Both the position numbers and the translations under genes were made by a program. The notes under the pieces were generated by a model. The model saw only the letters and a program-made list of their open reading frames with translations, was not told the DNA's origin and did no database searches. A stretch of 64,000 nt of DNA from Octopus sinensis (Eukaryota), in the NCBI RefSeq assembly GCF_006345805.1, contig NC_042997.1:180730001-180794000 (forward strand), in the 5' to 3' direction. Each line of letters starts with the position of its first letter. Position 1 is the first letter of the stretch. Below are positions 59,229-64,000 of the stretch, piece by piece.

Positions 59229-60306
59229 TTAAGGTATGTAGAAAAATACAACATGGACAAGAACGTATAACTCTTAGAAGACGATACAATAAACACGGAC
59301 AGGACATTCGAAACCCTCAGTCTTCAGTCAAGAACCGGATCATCGTAGTAATTTCGGCTGATTAATCTTGAGATTACTAGATCACGGCCAGCCCTCCAAG
59401 AAAAACTAAGCAACGAGCATTAGAAAAACTAAGCTGGGAGCGTAGATTTCCTGGAAGAAGGATCGAATGCATACGGACACCAGGACAGCAAAAGGGACGA
59501 ATATAAAAAAACAAAAAAATAATGGAATACAGAAACATGAAATACAGAAGCATTAACGGTGAAAACAACAACAAGTGTCTTACGACTGATAACAAGCAAA
59601 CAATTTTTTCTCTGGCGCAAGGAAGGAGCCTTATCGGCGATGCCTATAGCGGCGGACGAAAAACAACGATGTTAACACGACGCTGGTCAGAAGCTGAAAG
59701 GCAGATTTCGGCCAGCAGTCACGTGACAGAGGAGAGAGAAAAGAAAAGAAAGAGAAGCAGCGGAAGAGAGAGAGAGAGGAGAGAGAGAGAGGAGGGACAA
59801 ACGCAACAAAGAGAGAGAAGAGAGAGAAAGAAGGAATCAGAGAGGAGAAGGGATGGGTGTCGAAGATTGACCTGTGAGTGCAGAGCGAGACAAAGAATTA
59901 GGAGGGTAGTGGAAGATTAGACCAAAGAATCAGAGGAAAGAGAAGAGAAAAAGAGGATGAGTAGAGAGAGAAGGGGACAGATCAAGTAAAAGAGAGAGAG
60001 AGAGAGAGAGACAAACAAAGAGTCGTACCAGTTATTAAGAATATGTGCTCACATTAATGTTAAGAGGGTACGTGGCGCCTGGAATATATGTTAAGGTATG
60101 TAGAAAAATACAACATGGACAAGAACGTATAACTCTTAGAAGACGATACAATAAACACGGACAGGACATTCGAAACCCTCAGTCTTCAGTCAAGAACCGG
60201 ATCATCGTAGTAATTTCGGCTGATTAATCTTGAGATTACTAGATCACGGCCAGCCCTCCAAGAAAAACTAAGCAACGAGCATTAGAAAAACTAAGCTGGG
60301 AGCGTA
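59229..60306. mobile_element. Non-autonomous element with 216-bp direct terminal repeats inside (TA)n
   Basis: 59229-59444 and 60091-60306 appear identical by eye; ~645-bp non-coding interior with an (AG)-rich tract. Confidence 0.8.
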
Positions 60307-60550
60307 ATATATATATAGCATTAGAACAGGAATTAGATCACTGGAACCACAAACGTTAAGGGCTGTTATGGAAAACGCCTTATAAAGAACACGTTTACGC
60401 GAATTAGAAAACGGACACCATATAAAAGATGCCATCTTTCACACCTAGGGGGAATACATCCCACATCCTTTTTCTATAACTTACGTACTAAAATAGCTCA
60501 ATTTTTAAACAAAATAATCAAGATATCAAATATTGACACCATATGCCCGT

Positions 60551-60676
60551 GGGCATATGGCATAGTGGTTAAGAGCGTGGGCTACTAACCCCAAGATTCC
60601 GAGTTCGATTCCAAGCAGTGATCTGAACAACAACAACAGTAATAACAATAATAATGATAACAACAACAATAATAAC

Positions 60677-60725
<49 letters not shown>

Positions 60726-60872
60726 TCGAAAAATACCTTAGGAATGAGAACTCAGGTTCGAAATTTCCCCAAGACACCTGAAGAAGGCTGGAGCTTATAT
60801 CAGCCGAAACAATTGTATTAATAACAAACAAGATGAGGGCTAATATCCGTCGAATATAAATAATGTAAATAA
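60551..60872 (+). mobile_element. SINE family E: tRNA-like head, internal (AAC/AAT)n, hammerhead-like 3' module
   Basis: A box TGGCATAGTGG (60558-60568), B box GTTCGATTCC (60603-60612), CTGAAGA-A-GGCTG..CAGCC-GAAAC (60778-60810). Confidence 0.75.
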
Positions 60873-61121
60873 AGAGTGAGAGATCTAACAATAAGTATAT
60901 CGTTTATTACATCTATAAAAGTAAAAATTATTGATGATTCAAATATATTGTTTGATTGAAACATATGTGAAATTTTGGGGGTTATTTTTGAGTTGTTTCG
61001 TTGATACGGTACCTTTTACACCTTTTCGTATAGGTATATCTTTTAATCTTTTAATTTCCATTAGTTTTTTCATTGTGATACAAATAAAATGATCCATACA
61101 TACATACATACATACATACAT

Positions 61122-61223
<102 letters not shown>

Positions 61224-61356
61224 GACGAGAAATAGCTTTTGCCTCTTTTTATGGACATATAAGGGTTTATAGGACTGCAAAAAAGGAATGTTCAAATCTA
61301 ATTTGGGCAGAGATAACAAAAAAAATATACATTGATTAGAGAAAAAACATCAAAGT

Positions 61357-61575
61357 ATGGCAGTGCTCCAGCATGACCGCAGTCAAATTACTGAAACTTG
61401 TAAAAGAATAAAAGAACACACACACACACACACACCCCCCACACACACACACGCTCACGCACACTCATATATATATATACGACGGGCTTCTTTCAGTTCT
61501 CAAATGTCAAATCCAATCACAAGGCTTTGGTCGTCCTAAGGCTATAGTAGCAGCCTCTTGCCCAGTGTGCCACGA
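61357..61575. mobile_element. SINE family B fragments (tail on +, head on -)
   Basis: GTGCTCCAGCATGACCGCAGTCAAATTACTGAAAC at ~61363; CGGGCTTCTTTCAG..CAAGGCTTTGGTCG..CTATAGTAG at ~61483-61550. Confidence 0.7.
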
Positions 61576-61681
61576 TGTATGTGTGCGTGCGTCTATCTGT
61601 CTGTGTAAGTGTGTACGCGTGTGTGCATAGGTGTGGTTGTTTGTGTGTATGTATGTATGTATATATATATATATGTATATA

Positions 61682-61761
<80 letters not shown>

Positions 61762-61858
61762 TATAGATATATATGTACGCATAGATGTATATGTATGTAT
61801 ACAAACGCATACACACACACATACATACATATATGTATATATATATATAATATATATA

Positions 61859-61896
<38 letters not shown>

Positions 61897-61968
61897 AATA
61901 TTAGGAAATATATCCAAATTTACAGGGAAAAATTTTTGTTTTGCAAAATAGTGGTTTTGTCTCAAATA

Positions 61969-61999
<31 letters not shown>

Positions 62000-62000
62000 C

Positions 62001-62900
62001 GAAAAAGGAAAACATTTAGTTTTGAAATCTCTGAGCGAGAAGTAATCAGTGTCAGTACTACAGAATAAAATCTATTTGCCAACGTAAAGTCGAAGTCTTG
62101 ATTAGGACGATGTTACTCCCTTTTTAAATCCCAGGATAACATATTTTCCACCTGGCTACTGACGCACAACAGCGTCCTTATACCTCGAACAAGGGAGCTA
62201 ATTTCCCCACTCAGACTTGAACAGTACTGTGAACCATGATTTCTGGGTTATTTTCTATTCACCGACACATTATAACCGTTGGATAGAGATGGCAGCGCTA
62301 AGGTTTGTTTGAGGTATATACTTTTAAGGTGACTGATCTCGTAAAGAGGAAATCATTTTATCTTAAATGTCTAAGCGAGTAACAAACAGTACTACACAGT
62401 AAAATCTATTTGCAAACATAAAGTGGTAGTCCTGATTAGGACGATGTTACTATTTTTTTTTTTAACCTTAGGAAAACATCCCTTGTTTTCCTTAGGCTAA
62501 AATGGGTAGTAACATGGTCCTAATCAGGACTGCCACTTTACGTTAGCAAATAGATTTTACTCTGTAGTACTGTTACTACTGACTTCTCACTTAGAGATTT
62601 AAAACTAAATGTTTTCCTCTTTACGAGATCAGTGACTGTGTGTCACATTAAAAGTATACACCTCGAACAAGACCTAGTGCTGCCATCTATAGCCAACAGT
62701 TATCCTGTGCGGTTTATGAGAAATAACTCAGAAACCATAGTCCGCAGGTACCGTTTAAGTCTGAGTGGGCACATTAGCTCCCTTGTTCGAGATATAAAGA
62801 CGCAGTTGAGCGTAGGTAGCCAGCTGGAAAAGTGGTTTTCCTGGGGCTAAGAAAGGTAGTAACATCATCATATTCAGGACTGCCACTTTACGTTGCAGAT
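62001..62900. repeat. ~335-bp monomer in partial tandem and inverted arrangement
   Basis: AGTACTAC..AAAATCTATTTG..GATTAGGAC.ATGTTACT occurs twice on + (62055, 62389) and in inverted form (~62505-62580, ~62860-62900); the arms are diverged. Confidence 0.8.
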
Positions 62901-62929
62901 TTTACTCTCTCTCTCCCTCCCACCCTTAT

Positions 62930-63420
62930 ATATATATATATATATCTATATATATATTATATATATATATATATATATATGTATTATATATATATATATA
63001 TAATATAATAATATATATGTATGTGTGATTGTATATATGTATATGTATATATATATATGTATATATATATGTATATATATATATGTATATATATATATGT
63101 ATATATATATGATATATATATATGTATATATATATATGTATATATAATATATATATATGTATATGTATATGTATATATATATATGTATATAGGCTTTTTA
63201 ATTAATAAATAAACACTTCGATAAACTGAGATGTGTTTTCTCTTCGAACGCATCACCGGCGCAACAACAACAACAACAACCTCAACAACAACAACAACCT
63301 CAACAACAACAAACTCAGCGGCAACAACAACAACAACAGCTACAAGCAACAACAACAACTTCAGCAGCAACAACCTCAGAGGCAACAACAACAACCTCAA
63401 CACAACAACAGGATGAACCA
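62930..63420. repeat. (AT)/(ATGT) array followed by (AAC)n-rich tract
   Basis: Directly visible. Confidence 0.9.
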
Positions 63421-64000
63421 CTCCTTGATTCATCTACAATGGCCGATTTGCCTAATGAAACGATTGACCCCCCAGTCATCAGGGTCACACAGCAGGAAGC
63501 ACCACCCCTTCCTTTCACTGCCCAGCAGCTGAATCATCATCATTGTCAACACCATCTCCTCTGCTTACTACTACTAGTACTACTCCCACTATATATCGAC
63601 AAACATCTTTGTCTTGGAATCGACCTCCTCAATCATTACCCTGTCAACATCTCTTCTACCTACTACTACTACTACTACTACAGCTACTACTACTAATGCT
63701 ATCTCAAGGAATTTTACCTCCTACAGGTCACAAAGTCGCCAAAACTTCACAAACTATCATCTACACCTTTCACAGCTCACACACACCACGCACCTACACA
63801 CCCACTCGAAACCCCATCATTTGCCGATATTCTTTCGCCATAGACTGTGCACTGATAGAGACTGCAAATTCACCCATTTACCTGGAACAAAACGCTCTAT
63901 CCCCACAAACTACAACAGCAACCACCATAATACAACATCACCACAACCACCAATATCTCAAAACAAGGAATCCCCAAATCTGCCGCTATTCCCAGCGAGA

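Noticed and set aside
59229-60306. Canonical LTR retrotransposon or solo LTR pair
   Set aside because: No TG..CA termini, PBS, PPT or coding remnants visible.
60551-60620. Functional tRNA genes (also at the other SINE heads)
   Set aside because: A and B boxes are present but the cloverleaf is incomplete and they continue into SINE bodies.
62330-62352. CTGATCTCGTAAAGAGGAAA as a hammerhead
   Set aside because: Lacks G8-A9 and has no helix I or III.

Overview
AT-rich, repeat-dominated eukaryotic DNA. The SINE families and the density of (AT)n, (AC)n, (ATAC)n and (AAT)n tracts suggest an octopod cephalopod; this is inference, not a database result. No intact protein-coding gene, rRNA, true tRNA or CRISPR array is supportable, and most listed ORFs are microsatellite artefacts or decayed transposon fragments. 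Recognisable content: three decayed R4/Dong-type RLE LINE loci (one near full length), an L1/Tx1 ORF2 C-terminal remnant, four Tc1/mariner remnants, two non-autonomous Helitrons, about five tRNA-derived SINE families, several fold-back elements and palindromes, and a 1.6-kb tandem duplication. The most interesting signal is a set of short non-coding elements sitting in or beside microsatellites that carry type I hammerhead-ribozyme-like motifs. These are a near-complete motif at 16819-16869, motifs on both arms of two near-perfect palindromes (17.6-18.0 kb and 47.3-48.6 kb; the latter a compensatory U3-A8 core variant), a degenerate motif at 23.5 kb, and one in the 3' tail of a tRNA-headed SINE at 60.5-60.9 kb. 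Together they suggest a diverse Penelope-dependent, retrozyme-like system. A low-confidence RFX/NF-Y promoter with small exons (6.2-8.0 kb) and a pre-miRNA-like hairpin (23.07-23.14 kb) are also noted.
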